Origin: Bacteroidales bacterium UBA1176
GTDB lineage: Bacteria; Bacteroidota; Bacteroidia; Bacteroidales; WCHB1-69
DNA: 64,000 bases
NCBI GenBank assembly: GCA_002311645.1
Contig: DBYW01000011.1
Location: 10,739 to 74,738 of the forward strand
Direction of reading: 5' to 3'
In this document: positions 18,707-29,400 of the stretch, in pieces
How positions within the stretch are numbered: position 1 is the stretch's first letter
Layout: every line of letters begins with the position of its first letter
The notes under the pieces: generated by a model
What the model was told of the DNA's origin: nothing
Databases searched by the model: none
What the model saw: only the letters and a program-made list of their open reading frames with translations
Translations under genes and position numbers: made by a program

Positions 18707-20538
18707 CGTTGCATCAGCTGCATGATGTTGCCGTCTTTGTAATAGACATCCTCCCGGTATTGGATGCTCCCGTCGTTTCCGGTAAAACAGGTGTAGTATT
18801 CGATGTAGAGCGGCATTGTCTTTTTGAGCTGGATGCTGGTGGGACGCAGTTCCCGATAGAATTTCTTCTCACGGTCGGAGAGCTTGTCGTAATATTCCTG
18901 CTCCTTCTCTGTTTTTTTCTCTAAATATTTCTCGCCGTCTTCTGTGGTCGGCTCGTTGCCGAGGATGATGCTGATTTCCTCCAGCCGTTTTTCGTCAAAC
19001 TCATTGATGGCGTAAAGCACAGCGGCAAGGTCCATGGGGTTCTCCACGCGGATGCAACCATGGCTCAGCGCACGGGTGCGGCGTTTGAATGCCCCTTTGT
19101 TGTTGGTATCGTGCAGATACACGGATTCTGTGTTGGGGAAGTCGAACTTGACGCGGCCCAGGGCGTTGTGCCGTCCCGAAGTCTGGCGCAGGCGATAAGG
19201 GATGTTGCCGCGGTTCACCTTGTTCCAGTCGATGGAATCGGGAACCACGTAGTCGCCGGTGCGCGCGTCCTTGATGTAGAGCTTCTCGCGATTGACCACG
19301 GCGGTGTTGCTCTTGCAGAGCTTGTAGTAGTACTCGTTCTTGATAATGTCGTACGGGATGTTCCACTCCGGGTTGAGCACGATCCGGTTGATGCGGCTGT
19401 AAAGCAGGGGCGATTCGGCCTTGTAGGCGGTGACGATTCCTTTTCTGATGCGTGATGGGTTCTTGGCCGGGTCTTGCGTGCGACCGCAGCAAATGCGCGT
19501 CTTGAAGGCCACCGTGTCCTCCACGAAAGCCTTCAGCGTGTAGTCGGGGATGTTTACAGCAATGTAAGTGCGATCCTTTTCCGGCGTGACGTGCCAGCGC
19601 AGGCGTTCCATGTTGGCCGCCAATTTGTCGAGGTAGTAGCTGATGGGCCTGTTGAGCTTGCGGACGGTCTCCTCACCCAAGCTGTCGCATTCGGGGATGG
19701 CGTTGTGGCGGCGGAAGAGGTTGATACCCGCCAACAGGGAGTCCGTGAGGCGGTCGGTGACTGTGAAGTCAGCGGGTAGCTCGCCCGTGAGCATCAGTCG
19801 CTTGCATACGTTGGGCAAGGCTGTGTGGCGTTGTCCTTTGCGCACGGTGGGCATGACGATTTTGGGCACAATCGTGTCTTTAAGCGGGTAAAGCCGCAAT
19901 AGCTCTGCCTGCAAGTGCTTGTATTCCGAAGTGTTAGGCTCTCTATCCCTGATGACTGACGGGAATTGCTCAATCTTTTCCATGATGGAATTCTCGAATT
20001 CCTTGTCCGGTTTCAGGTTTTTCATCAGCCATTTTCCGCCGTTGGCCTTGACGGGGTCGGTGGCTCCGTAGCTGAGGGCGCTGACATATCGGAGGTATGC
20101 CTCGGAGAGGTGCATCTCCAAGTTGAAGAGTGTGTCGAAGAGGGTCGAGTCATTGGCGACTTGGTGGCTCTTAAGCAAATTGAGAGAACGTTTGAGGGCT
20201 GGGCATTGCAGGAATGTGTCGGGGATGCCGTGCTCGTAGGAGCGGGCAAGGATGTGCAGCAGCGAGTCGATGCGCGTCTCTTGGATGCCGCGTGCCGTCC
20301 AATAGGGTTCGCAACGGTGCGTCTGGTAGTAGTGCTGCAGAGCATCGGCATACGCGAAACAACTGTCGCTCAAGGCATCAACTCGGCGGGCGAAATGTTC
20401 GTTGTAGGCTTTCTCGTGGTATGCGGAATAATGCGTGAACCAATGGGGTGCACGTTCCGTGCCGATGGACTTGCTGTGGCAGGAGGATCCTATCAGAATG
20501 GCGACGAGTAGGATGAAAACATTGGAAAAGCGCAACAT
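18703..20538 (-). CDS. L,D-transpeptidase family protein (YcbB-like, YkuD catalytic domain)
   Basis: The C-terminal YLHDTNNKGAFKRRTRALSHGCIRVENP contains the HxxxxxxSxGCIR catalytic motif. The start is likely MLRFSNVFILLVAILIGSSC (20538). Confidence 0.8.
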   Translation of the reverse strand: MLRFSNVFILLVAILIGSSCHSKSIGTERAPHWFTHYSAYHEKAYNEHFARRVDALSDSCFAYADALQHYYQTHRCEPYWTARGIQETRIDSLLHILARSYEHGIPDTFLQCPALKRSLNLLKSHQVANDSTLFDTLFNLEMHLSEAYLRYVSALSYGATDPVKANGGKWLMKNLKPDKEFENSIMEKIEQFPSVIRDREPNTSEYKHLQAELLRLYPLKDTIVPKIVMPTVRKGQRHTALPNVCKRLMLTGELPADFTVTDRLTDSLLAGINLFRRHNAIPECDSLGEETVRKLNRPISYYLDKLAANMERLRWHVTPEKDRTYIAVNIPDYTLKAFVEDTVAFKTRICCGRTQDPAKNPSRIRKGIVTAYKAESPLLYSRINRIVLNPEWNIPYDIIKNEYYYKLCKSNTAVVNREKLYIKDARTGDYVVPDSIDWNKVNRGNIPYRLRQTSGRHNALGRVKFDFPNTESVYLHDTNNKGAFKRRTRALSHGCIRVENPMDLAAVLYAINEFDEKRLEEISIILGNEPTTEDGEKYLEKKTEKEQEYYDKLSDREKKFYRELRPTSIQLKKTMPLYIEYYTCFTGNDGSIQYREDVYYKDGNIMQLMQR

Positions 20539-20673
20539 GGGGAGATGTGTATGGAAAGTACAAAAAGTACAAAAGAGTTTATGAGTGGATGAGTGAAAAT
20601 ATGAGGCCACAAAGATAGTTTTTTTGTGTATATCTTCGGAGATGAGATTTTTGCATAAGGCAAGGATGTGGTA

Positions 20674-21810
20674 TTACTGCTCTGTTTTATGTGTTGCATT
20701 CTGTATCTCTTCCACGCAGTGCCACCCGAAATCCTTCAGGTTCGCGTCGGTGGTCATCAGCAAGATCACGTCTTTCCTGCGCAAGACTTCCGGCAGGGTC
20801 CGCTTGTCGATATAGTATGCGGTGGGGTCCCAGATGTGGGGGTATAGGGAGAGGTTGTAGTACCAGAACTCGGGCTGGTCGAACCACTGCTGCAGGATGC
20901 CGTGGTTCCAAAGACTCCAGACATAGCTGTCGGCGATGACGAGCGCGCGCGGGCGCGCCCCCGTGACGGGCTGCGGCTCCATGACGGGGAAGCAGAGCTT
21001 CTCGTGCGGCAGCTCCGACAGCAGGTTCATCGGGGGCTCCAAGTCGAAGTCAAGGTCTTTGTTGATTGTGGAGAGCGAGTCACCGACATGGTGGAAAGAG
21101 GGCAGTGTCGTGTGGCATTCCCGCTCGATGAATCGCTGCAGCGTGTCGGCGGCGCGCCACATCCCGTAGGTGGTCCAATGGATGCCGTGGCGGCTGTAGA
21201 GCGGGTAGGGCTCGTTGGCGGCGATGGACAGGAACCAGGCGTTCAGGTCCAACAGGCGCACTCCAAGCTCCTTGGCGAGGCGCGTGTAGCTGTTGTAGTT
21301 GGTCTGTGCGCCCTTGCGGCAGCGTTTCGGCAGATATTCGGGCATGCAACGTGCCTTGCCCGGTTCAAATACCAATAAAAGCTCTATGCCTTGGTGGTGT
21401 AAGGAGTCTTGTAACTCCTTGAACTTTAATAGATTGTTTTTGACAACATCGTCTCCGGCAAAATCCTTGCCCTGATATTCGTCAACATAGACGTTCTCAT
21501 AGAAATAGTCGTCCTGCCCAATGATGAGCTTGGGTGCGGCCGAGTATCTGAAAAGGCGGTAGTTCAGCTCATTATAGAACCGCACAGCGTGGTTGCATCC
21601 CCCGACACTCTGCTTGACAAGCATTTCATCCCTGTCGTGGAAACCGAGATAGAGCATGATGGGAGTCCTCTCTTTGTCGGGGACGGGTGGTATGCCGAAG
21701 AGCGGTTTGCCCCTTGTGGCCGGCACAAACATCAGCACGCCCGGCAGCGTCATGAGGACGAGCAGGAGGGCGAAGAGGATGCGGTAGTGTCGTTGTGTAT
21801 GTGATGCCAT
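20674..21810 (-). CDS. Membrane-anchored AlgJ/AlgX-like (SGNH-like) O-acylation accessory protein
   Basis: N-terminal TM anchor. HGIHWTTYG resembles the DxHW motif of AlgJ/AlgX. It is immediately downstream of the MBOAT gene (3-nt gap). Confidence 0.5.
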   Translation of the reverse strand: MASHTQRHYRILFALLLVLMTLPGVLMFVPATRGKPLFGIPPVPDKERTPIMLYLGFHDRDEMLVKQSVGGCNHAVRFYNELNYRLFRYSAAPKLIIGQDDYFYENVYVDEYQGKDFAGDDVVKNNLLKFKELQDSLHHQGIELLLVFEPGKARCMPEYLPKRCRKGAQTNYNSYTRLAKELGVRLLDLNAWFLSIAANEPYPLYSRHGIHWTTYGMWRAADTLQRFIERECHTTLPSFHHVGDSLSTINKDLDFDLEPPMNLLSELPHEKLCFPVMEPQPVTGARPRALVIADSYVWSLWNHGILQQWFDQPEFWYYNLSLYPHIWDPTAYYIDKRTLPEVLRRKDVILLMTTDANLKDFGWHCVEEIQNATHKTEQ

Positions 21811-21813
21811 GGG

Positions 21814-23235
21814 TCAGAATCTGAAATAGATGAAGGGGTTGAAGCCGCCGGCAAGCAAGGCGCTGCCGTTGAGCACATATAGCGCCACCATGACGAGGGT
21901 GACAAGGATGGCGCGGTGGGTGGTTAGTGAGCGTTCGTACAGCCCGTTGACCGCCGACTCTATCTTGCCGAAGATGCCGGAGAAGGCGCACAATGTTGCT
22001 GCGATGAGAATTACCACGAAGCGGGTGTTGAGGAGGATGCCGTCGGCGGGTGCGGTAAACGCGAAGAGGCGACCGATATATTCGGCGGCGTAGCCCAACG
22101 TGTCGGCGCGGAAGATCACCCAGCCGATCATCACGAAAAGGAAGGTGAGCAGGGTGGAGGGGATTCTGCCCGCTTTCTCCAACAGCTTGCGCAAGCCCCA
22201 CTTGTCGAGTACGAGGAACAAGCCGTGGTAGAGTCCCCAGATCGCGAAGGTCCAGGCCGCGCCGTGCCAGAGGCCGGAGAGGAAGAAGACGGTCACGAGG
22301 TTGAGGTAGGTGCGCGCCGTCCCTTTGCGGTTGCCGCCGAGCGGGATGTAGAGGTAGTCTTTCATCCAGTTGCCCAATGTGATGTGCCACCGCTTCCAGA
22401 ATTCGGTGAAGCTGCGCGAGATGTACGGGAAGTTGAAGTTCTCGGGGAACGAGAAGCCGAACATGCGGCCCAGTCCGAGCGCCATGTCGGAGTAGCCGGC
22501 GAAGTCGAAGTAGATCTGCATCGTGTAGGCCAACATCCCGAGCCAGGCGGTGCCGGCAGCCAACTCGCCGGGCGCGGTGGCGAAGATGATGTCCACTTGC
22601 TGCGCCAGAACATTGGCAATTAACACTTTTTTAGAGAGTCCGATGAGGAATCTGTAGAGTCCGTTGAAGCGGTTCCGGGGCGTGTCCTGTGCGCTGCGGT
22701 CGGCTAATTGCGCCACGATTTCCTTGTAACGGATGATCGGGCCGGCGATGAGCTGCGGGAACATCAGGATGTAGAGGGCCAGCACGTCCCAGCGGCGCTG
22801 CGCGGGATGGTCCTGGCGATAGACATCCACCATGTAGGAGATCTTCTGGAAGGTGACGAACGAGATGCCCACGGGCAGCGCGACCTTGTGCCACTCAAAC
22901 GGCACTAAGCCCAACCAGTTGTAAAACTGTTGTACATTCTCGATGAAGAAGTTGGCATACTTGAAATAGGCCAGGATGCCAATGTTGAGCACCAAGGAAA
23001 ACGCCAACCATCCTTTCCGCTTTTTGCCTTCTGCCTTGTCCATGGCACGGGCTATGAAGTAGTCGGCGGTGATGGAGACGAGGAGCAAGGCGATGAACCG
23101 CGGCTCGCTCCAGGAGTAAAACAGCAGGCTGGCGACCAGCAGCCACACGTTCCGGCCTCGTGCAGGCAGCAGGTAGTATAGGAGCAATACTACCGGCAGG
23201 AAGATGAACAAGAAGGTGGCGGAACTGAAAACCAT
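21814..23235 (-). CDS. MBOAT family O-acyltransferase (AlgI/DltB-like)
   Basis: MVFSSATFLFIFLPVVLLLYY, WHITLGNWMKDYLYIPLGGNR and SGLWHGAAW (conserved His) are typical of the AlgI/DltB family. Confidence 0.9.
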   Translation of the reverse strand: MVFSSATFLFIFLPVVLLLYYLLPARGRNVWLLVASLLFYSWSEPRFIALLLVSITADYFIARAMDKAEGKKRKGWLAFSLVLNIGILAYFKYANFFIENVQQFYNWLGLVPFEWHKVALPVGISFVTFQKISYMVDVYRQDHPAQRRWDVLALYILMFPQLIAGPIIRYKEIVAQLADRSAQDTPRNRFNGLYRFLIGLSKKVLIANVLAQQVDIIFATAPGELAAGTAWLGMLAYTMQIYFDFAGYSDMALGLGRMFGFSFPENFNFPYISRSFTEFWKRWHITLGNWMKDYLYIPLGGNRKGTARTYLNLVTVFFLSGLWHGAAWTFAIWGLYHGLFLVLDKWGLRKLLEKAGRIPSTLLTFLFVMIGWVIFRADTLGYAAEYIGRLFAFTAPADGILLNTRFVVILIAATLCAFSGIFGKIESAVNGLYERSLTTHRAILVTLVMVALYVLNGSALLAGGFNPFIYFRF

Positions 23236-23401
23236 AGGGCACGAACAGCGGTTTTAAAGCGTTAAATTAATTGTGTGATATAGGTTGTAAATGTGAAATA
23301 TGTAAAATGATAACTATTACGGTTTTAAAAAATGAAACGCATCCGCAATATCTCACGGGTCCATTGAGTAGGCGTTAAACTGCAACTTCTTTTTCATCAT
23401 C

Positions 23402-24406
23402 CTATTCCTTTATAAATTTCCTGACAATGGTTCTCTTGCCATCCCTATAGGTCAGGAAATACATTCCTGCCGGCAATTCCGCCACTGGAATCCGGCAACG
23501 GCTTCCTTCGGCCTTCTGCTGGAGGCGATGCCTGCCCAACATGTCCGTAATCACCACGGTGCCCTCCATTTCTTCTCCCGTACTCATGTCCAAGACCACA
23601 TACTGTGTCGCAGGATTCGGGTAGAGATTCATTGCGGACATTGAAGGATGCTCTGATACGCCCACGTGTTGCTGTTCGCATCCAAGTCGCTCGTCTGCCA
23701 TATAAACTAAGGAGTCGTCCTTGTACAGACAAAGCAACAAAGTTAAGTAAGGCTGGGCAAGTGCCCCATAGCCTGGTGGTACATTTGGGTAGCTGTATTC
23801 TTCCCCTGTACAGGTCCCGTATGTGGGGCCTATGCCTTCTATGAAACGAATGGAGAAGGGATAGTCGGCATGTTGGTTTGCATAATCAGTTCCAAAAAAA
23901 TAATCGTCCAGATGGTTAAGCAGGGACAGGCAAATCGTCTTCCTGCCTGAATAATACCGTACACTGTCCACTAACATTAATCTTTTAAGACCTGAAAATG
24001 ACACCCATGAAAATGTGTCCCCTTCGGCCAAGGACATGTCACAGACAAGTCGCCCGCTTCTGTACAAGCGTCCGTGTGCAGTGTCTTCCCTTAGAAGTCC
24101 AGACCAGCATCTGGGGCTGCACGAAGAATAGGAATGAGCCGAATAATAGTCTTCGCCCTGGAGATTTTGGTGACTGCTTTTGTCAAAGGTCATTGTAAAT
24201 GTGCGGGAATATACGCCCAAAGGGAATGATGTTGCATATGCGGGCGGACTTTGGACTGCCACCACGTGGTACACCCACGTGCTGTCGCCGAAGAAAGACA
24301 TGTACTGCCCGTGCGCGTGTGCGGCGGAGAGCAGCAGGACGGCAAAGGCCAACGCAAAGGCAAGTCGACTGTGTCTTTTCTCTGTGTGTGTCATGATATT
24401 TCTCAT
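23402..24406 (-). CDS. T9SS type-A C-terminal-domain secreted protein, function unknown
   Basis: The CTD reads MNLYPNPATQYVVLD...ITDMLGRHRL...LPAGMYFLTYRDGKRTIVRKFIKE. Confidence 0.7.
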   Translation of the reverse strand: MRNIMTHTEKRHSRLAFALAFAVLLLSAAHAHGQYMSFFGDSTWVYHVVAVQSPPAYATSFPLGVYSRTFTMTFDKSSHQNLQGEDYYSAHSYSSCSPRCWSGLLREDTAHGRLYRSGRLVCDMSLAEGDTFSWVSFSGLKRLMLVDSVRYYSGRKTICLSLLNHLDDYFFGTDYANQHADYPFSIRFIEGIGPTYGTCTGEEYSYPNVPPGYGALAQPYLTLLLCLYKDDSLVYMADERLGCEQQHVGVSEHPSMSAMNLYPNPATQYVVLDMSTGEEMEGTVVITDMLGRHRLQQKAEGSRCRIPVAELPAGMYFLTYRDGKRTIVRKFIKE

Positions 24407-24505
24407 TGTTTTGTGTTGTGATTATAGTCGAATTAAACTGAAAAATACGTGTGTAAAATTAAAAAAAATAATCATGTAAGGAAAGAAAAAGCAAGGAATT
24501 GTTGA

Positions 24506-26305
24506 TTATTGTTTCACTACTTTCAGCGTGGATGTCTTCCCATTTTGGAAACGAACCTGCAACAGGTAAAGCCCTGGGGCGAAATCCGACAGATTGACGG
24601 AATGGGAAAGCCCCTCGCAGGGGATGGTCTTGAGCGTTCTGCCCGAGAGGTCCCGGATGGTGACGCTTTCCAACTGTGCCAGCCCGCTCTCAAGGGTGAC
24701 GAGACCCTGCGTGGGGTTGGGAAATACCGTCACGGGCAGTGCTCCCGTGGGGCGCGGATCCTCCACCGACACCCTGTTGTCCAAGACTATTGGGATGCGG
24801 TAAACGGTGTCAAGTTCGGGGACGGTTACCCGAAGCAGGGCTTTGTAGCTGCCGGAGAAATAGCCGTTGATGTTGAAGTTGAGCGCAATGTCGCGGCTCT
24901 GATGGGCGTTGACAGAACCGTTGGGCGTGGCAACCTCCACCCAGCCGACGGGGTTGTGCTGCTCGTCTAAAAGCTCGGTGTTGAAGACAAGGTAGAAGTC
25001 TGACTCGTTGACGAAATGCAGTGTGCGATTGAAAACCGAGGAGCCGTCGTCATACAAGGAGACCCCGATGCTGTCGGGTGTGATGGCAAGCGACGGGTAT
25101 CCCTCGTTGTAGTTGCTCAGGCAGATGTCGTCAATCCATACGCAGTCGCTGCCCGTACTCACAGAGTAGTCCTTGGTGTATTGCCACGTCAGGGTGTGCG
25201 TGCCCGGCTGTACGGCGAACGAGATTTCTGTCCAGTCGTTGGCGCCCGACCAACGCCCTTTTTGCACCCCGTCAATGAAGAAATAGAGCCAGTCGTAGTT
25301 GTTCTCGGTCGAGGTTCTGAAGGCGAACGAGACGTAATGGCTATGGTTGACGGTGATGGGCATATTCACCACGCTGGTGTCGTTGTGGGAGATGGCGCCG
25401 CTGCGCAGACTGTACAGGCCGCTGTGTGCGTTCAGGGAGTCAATGCGCCAGTCTGTCCAGACGGAATCCCCGTACATCGTCGGCGGGTAGATGCCGTCGC
25501 TGAACTCCTCGCAATTGGCGACGCCCACGATGGGGACGATATAGCTGCCGATGGGGACCTGGCTGCCTTGCCGGGCCACCTGGATGCGTACATCGAAGGT
25601 GGTACCGTCCGCAAAAGGCGAACCGGCCTGGATGACGGCCTGGAAGGGGAACGTCTCGTCGCCCCAGAGGGAATCCTTGGTCATCGGGGCGGAGACCACC
25701 TGTATGCCGGGCTGGTCGCACTCCAACGAGAACACCAGGCCCTGCAGCTCGCGGTTGTCGTTGTTGTGGAGCGTGAAGAGCAGGGTGTCGGTCTCGCCGG
25801 CATTCACGAGGCTGTTGTGGTTGCCGTTGTCGCGGATCTCATAGCCCATCACCGAGAGCGAACAGGCCTGCACCCGGTAGGAGCGGTAGGCAATGGCCGA
25901 TTCGATGTCGTTGGTAATCAGGAAGGCGAAGGTGATGACGCGCCCGTCGGGGATGTCGGGGCTGATTTGGCAGCTGGCGCAGTTGTTGAGCGCGTATTGG
26001 TTGCCAGGGGCGATATAGTCGAAACTCTCCGTGCTGTCGTGAAAGGTGATGTAGGGGTCGATGGTGGTGACGTGCAGCTCGCAGTTCTGGAACGGCATCG
26101 TGCCGTTGTTGCGCACCGTCACCGAGAACACGAGCTCGCCGCCCGCTTCCAGCGCGGGACTGGCACTGCCATTGGCCGTGATGAGGACGAACTCCAGGTT
26201 CTCCGTGAAACGTCCTCCGAGTTGCGCCCAGGATGCCTCCGTGCAGAAGAGACACCCTGCCAGGAGGAAGAGGTATTGTAGTATGTGTTTTTTGAAGGAG
26301 AGCAT
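24506..26305 (-). CDS. T9SS type-A cargo protein with adhesin-like modules shared with the two downstream-numbered giant genes
   Basis: CTD VFPNPTQGLVTLE...IRDLSGRTL...APGLYLLQVRFQNGKTSTLKVVKQ. It contains the module SGAISHNDTS...FRTSTENNYDWLYFFIDGVQKGRWSG...CVWIDDICL. Confidence 0.75.
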   Translation of the reverse strand: MLSFKKHILQYLFLLAGCLFCTEASWAQLGGRFTENLEFVLITANGSASPALEAGGELVFSVTVRNNGTMPFQNCELHVTTIDPYITFHDSTESFDYIAPGNQYALNNCASCQISPDIPDGRVITFAFLITNDIESAIAYRSYRVQACSLSVMGYEIRDNGNHNSLVNAGETDTLLFTLHNNDNRELQGLVFSLECDQPGIQVVSAPMTKDSLWGDETFPFQAVIQAGSPFADGTTFDVRIQVARQGSQVPIGSYIVPIVGVANCEEFSDGIYPPTMYGDSVWTDWRIDSLNAHSGLYSLRSGAISHNDTSVVNMPITVNHSHYVSFAFRTSTENNYDWLYFFIDGVQKGRWSGANDWTEISFAVQPGTHTLTWQYTKDYSVSTGSDCVWIDDICLSNYNEGYPSLAITPDSIGVSLYDDGSSVFNRTLHFVNESDFYLVFNTELLDEQHNPVGWVEVATPNGSVNAHQSRDIALNFNINGYFSGSYKALLRVTVPELDTVYRIPIVLDNRVSVEDPRPTGALPVTVFPNPTQGLVTLESGLAQLESVTIRDLSGRTLKTIPCEGLSHSVNLSDFAPGLYLLQVRFQNGKTSTLKVVKQ

Positions 26306-26312
26306 TGCGATA

Positions 26313-26413
26313 AAGAAACTAAGAAATTAAGAAATTAAGAAATTAAGAAATTAAGAAGTTAAGAGGTTGATTATTAATAGTTTAATATTTTAATATTTTA
26401 ATGATTTAATAAC
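26313..26413. repeat. Tandem 8-nt word array (AAGAAATT, about 6 copies) followed by an AT-only word array
   Basis: AAGAAACTAAGAAATTAAGAAATTAAGAAATTAAGAAATTAAGAAGTTAAGAGGTT, then GATTATTAATAGTTTAATATTTTAATATTTTAATGATTTAATAAC. The second part overlaps the last codons of the 26390 gene. Confidence 0.85.
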
Positions 26414-29400
26414 TTTAGTCGTGATGGCGTTTCCGCCTTCCATCCCGATTTTCAGCAGGTAGATGCCGGAGGGCAATCTTGACAAATCGATGTTAGTCTG
26501 GTAGTCGTTCACCGGAACAGTCGCCACCGTGCGGCCGTAAAGATCCGTGACGGTCACTCTCTCGATAAGGGCGTTTTCGTGTTGTACAAAAATTCTGCCG
26601 CTCGTGGGGTTGGGATAGACTTTCAACTCGCGGGACTGTTCCACGGTCGGGATGCCCACACTGCTGACGTGCATCGTGACGGGGACCAGCTGCTCGCCGC
26701 CCGTGTGGCGGATGCGCAGCGTGGCGTGGTGGTCCTCTTCCGCACAGCCGTAACTGTTGAAGTAAAGGACGACCTGCCGTTGTCCGTTCGCGTCAATGAA
26801 GTCGTTGCCCGGCGCACAGGTAACCCAGGTCGGTGTTTGCCCGTCATCGTCTTCCATCACATTGTTGAACAATACAATGCCGTCGAAGGGACTCTCCAAG
26901 GTGACGAGTGCGCTGTCGGTCGTGCTGGTGTGTACCCCTAACGAGACCTCGATGCTGTCAGGCTGGATGTCCAAGTCAAAATCTGCGTCGTTGAATTCCG
27001 TGAGGCAGACGTTGTCAATCCAAACTCTGTGATTGACTTCGTTTACAATGCCAAAATTACCTTTCACGACATTCCAGGTGATGGTGTGGTCACCTGCGGG
27101 GATGGTGAATTGTACTTTAATGCTGTCACCCCAAGATGAGCGTGTCCAAGTGCTTTGCAGTATGTCGTCAATGTATATATAGCAATAATCGTTGTTGATA
27201 AATAATGTTTTCCAGAGATAGAAAGACAACTGTGCGCTTTGTAAGATGTGTACGTCCATCTGGAGTGTTGCGGTGTCGAAATCGTTGAGCGGACCACTGC
27301 ATAGGCGAGTTGAACAGTGGTGGACATAGGTGGCATAGTAGTCGATGCTGTCGAGGATCCAATTCGAATGGATGCCGTCGCCGTGGAATGGCGCAGATAT
27401 CAAGCCGTTCTCAAAATCAAAGCAGAACTTTTCGCTTGTGAGGGTGATGGTCTTGGTTTCCAGAAACATCCCTTTGACGTAAATATCCAAATGTACATTG
27501 AAGGTGGTGCCGTCCACGAAGGCGGAGGACAGGTCAAGTAGGGATGAGATAGAGAAGGGAAGATAGGTAATGGTGTCGAAATGCCAATGGGATGCGGATA
27601 GGTTCACATCTGTCTGCGGGGTGTGCAGATAGATGTCCACGTCATATATGGGCGCCTTGTTGTTCTGCAACGTGAACACAAGGGTGTCGGTCTCATCCGG
27701 ATGAGGGATGATGTCGTTGGCGGACAGGAAAGCGTGCTGTAGCAGTGAGATGTCGTAACGGTGAGCTGTGTAGGTTCGGGAAATGTTTGCCGATGAGATG
27801 TGGTTGTTGAGATGGACGGAGAAGGGAATCGGATAGTTGTCGGGTATGTTGCGATGCACGATGCAGGCGGCGCAGTGACTGAAGACACGGGGCTCGTTGG
27901 GCAGAATATCCCCAAGGGTTTCTGTGCTGTCGAGGAATGTCACAAAGGGGTCGTCGCTGCGGACAAGGATGGTGCTGTTGTGGTACGGTATGGTGTCGGC
28001 ATTGAGCAGGGATATGTCGAAGAACAGCGTGTCGCCGGCATAAATGTAGGGGTCGGACTTGTCGTTCACGATGATGTCGGAGACCAGCACGCGGGAGACG
28101 GCACGAGAGGAGAGACGTATGTCCTGGGTGGCCTGTACGTTGTTGTTGTCGTAGCAGGTGACGGCGAAGGTGGTGTCTTCGAAAGTGTAGTCAACTGTTC
28201 CCGACAGGATGCCATCTGAAGAAAGGGTGAGCCCCTCGGGCAGGGTAGAGGGGGTGAAACGATAGCTGCGATGGTTGATGTCGGAGGCAAAATGCCCGGA
28301 CGCAGAGGTGTGTTGGATGAGTTGGTTGTCGCCCCGCACCAACGCCGACCAGAAACTGTTGCCCATAAAGTTCATTGAACCGTAAAGGAATTCTATGCTC
28401 CCCGTTGAGTGTAAACGGACAGCGAAGTTGACCGTTTGGACGTTGCCGTTGATGTTGGCGTGGAATACCAAAGTGAGATTGTCGCTCGCGACAATCTTGC
28501 GTACCGAGCAATTCGTCAGATCCGACTTGAATGGGCAGATGGAACGAATGGCCATATCCTGCATAGTCGTGGCTTGTGAATTGATGGTGGACAGGAAAGG
28601 CCAGTCGCCGGACTGGTGGTGGAAGGCGATGTAGCCGTCGGCATAGACCACGATTTTGTCATATTCATCACCGTAGTATGTGAAGGTGAATGGCAGTTCA
28701 ACAATGGCATAGCCGTTGTTTACGTTTGAAAGCGGAACATCTTGACCCGATTCCGTCGGGAATGGGACATTGGTTTCTTCAATCTTGTATCTCCTGTTCA
28801 ATTCCCAGTGGTAAGGAGGTTTTCCCCCTGTGGCGTGGAGTGTCTGTTGGTAGTTGGAGTCCACTTCCATATCGGGGAGCAGTGTGTTTTGGATGACGGG
28901 TTTGGAGAAATTGATGGCACGCACCACCGACAGCCAAAGGGTGTCTCCCGGCATAAGGGCAACGTGGGTGGATGGACAAGCTTGTTCAACAGGCGTCCCG
29001 GAGGTGTAGTCCATCAGACTGAAATTTTGCACGACACCTTCGCTGGTATGGTACATATCGGAAAAGGAGGAGGCGATCAGGAAGAACTTGCAGGGCTGTC
29101 CGGGCTCCACAAAGTTGAGCAAGGGGCTGACATCAAGTCCCAGTTCAAGGGTCTTGTTGGATTCTGTGGAATTTCCCCCTTGCATATATTGGCAGCCTCC
29201 TTGTCGGTTGAAAACGTTGAATTCCAATGTGTTTGTGGGACGTGTGGCGTTGGTGTCGTTGGCTATTCCCGCTGTGAGTTTGAGCATCTCGCGGCAAGGA
29301 TGGGTGATGGTGGCCTTGAAGGTGATCTGAGGGAAAACTTCGTCTCTGACTTGCACCACATAGACACACTTGTTCCAGATGCCGCCCTCTGCGGGCAGGG

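Noticed and set aside
26313-26367. The regularly spaced repeats here, and at 35050-35147 and 54575-54690, as possible CRISPR arrays.
   Set aside because: The periods are only 8-14 nt, or two ~60-nt units, with no unique spacers. There are no cas genes anywhere in the window.
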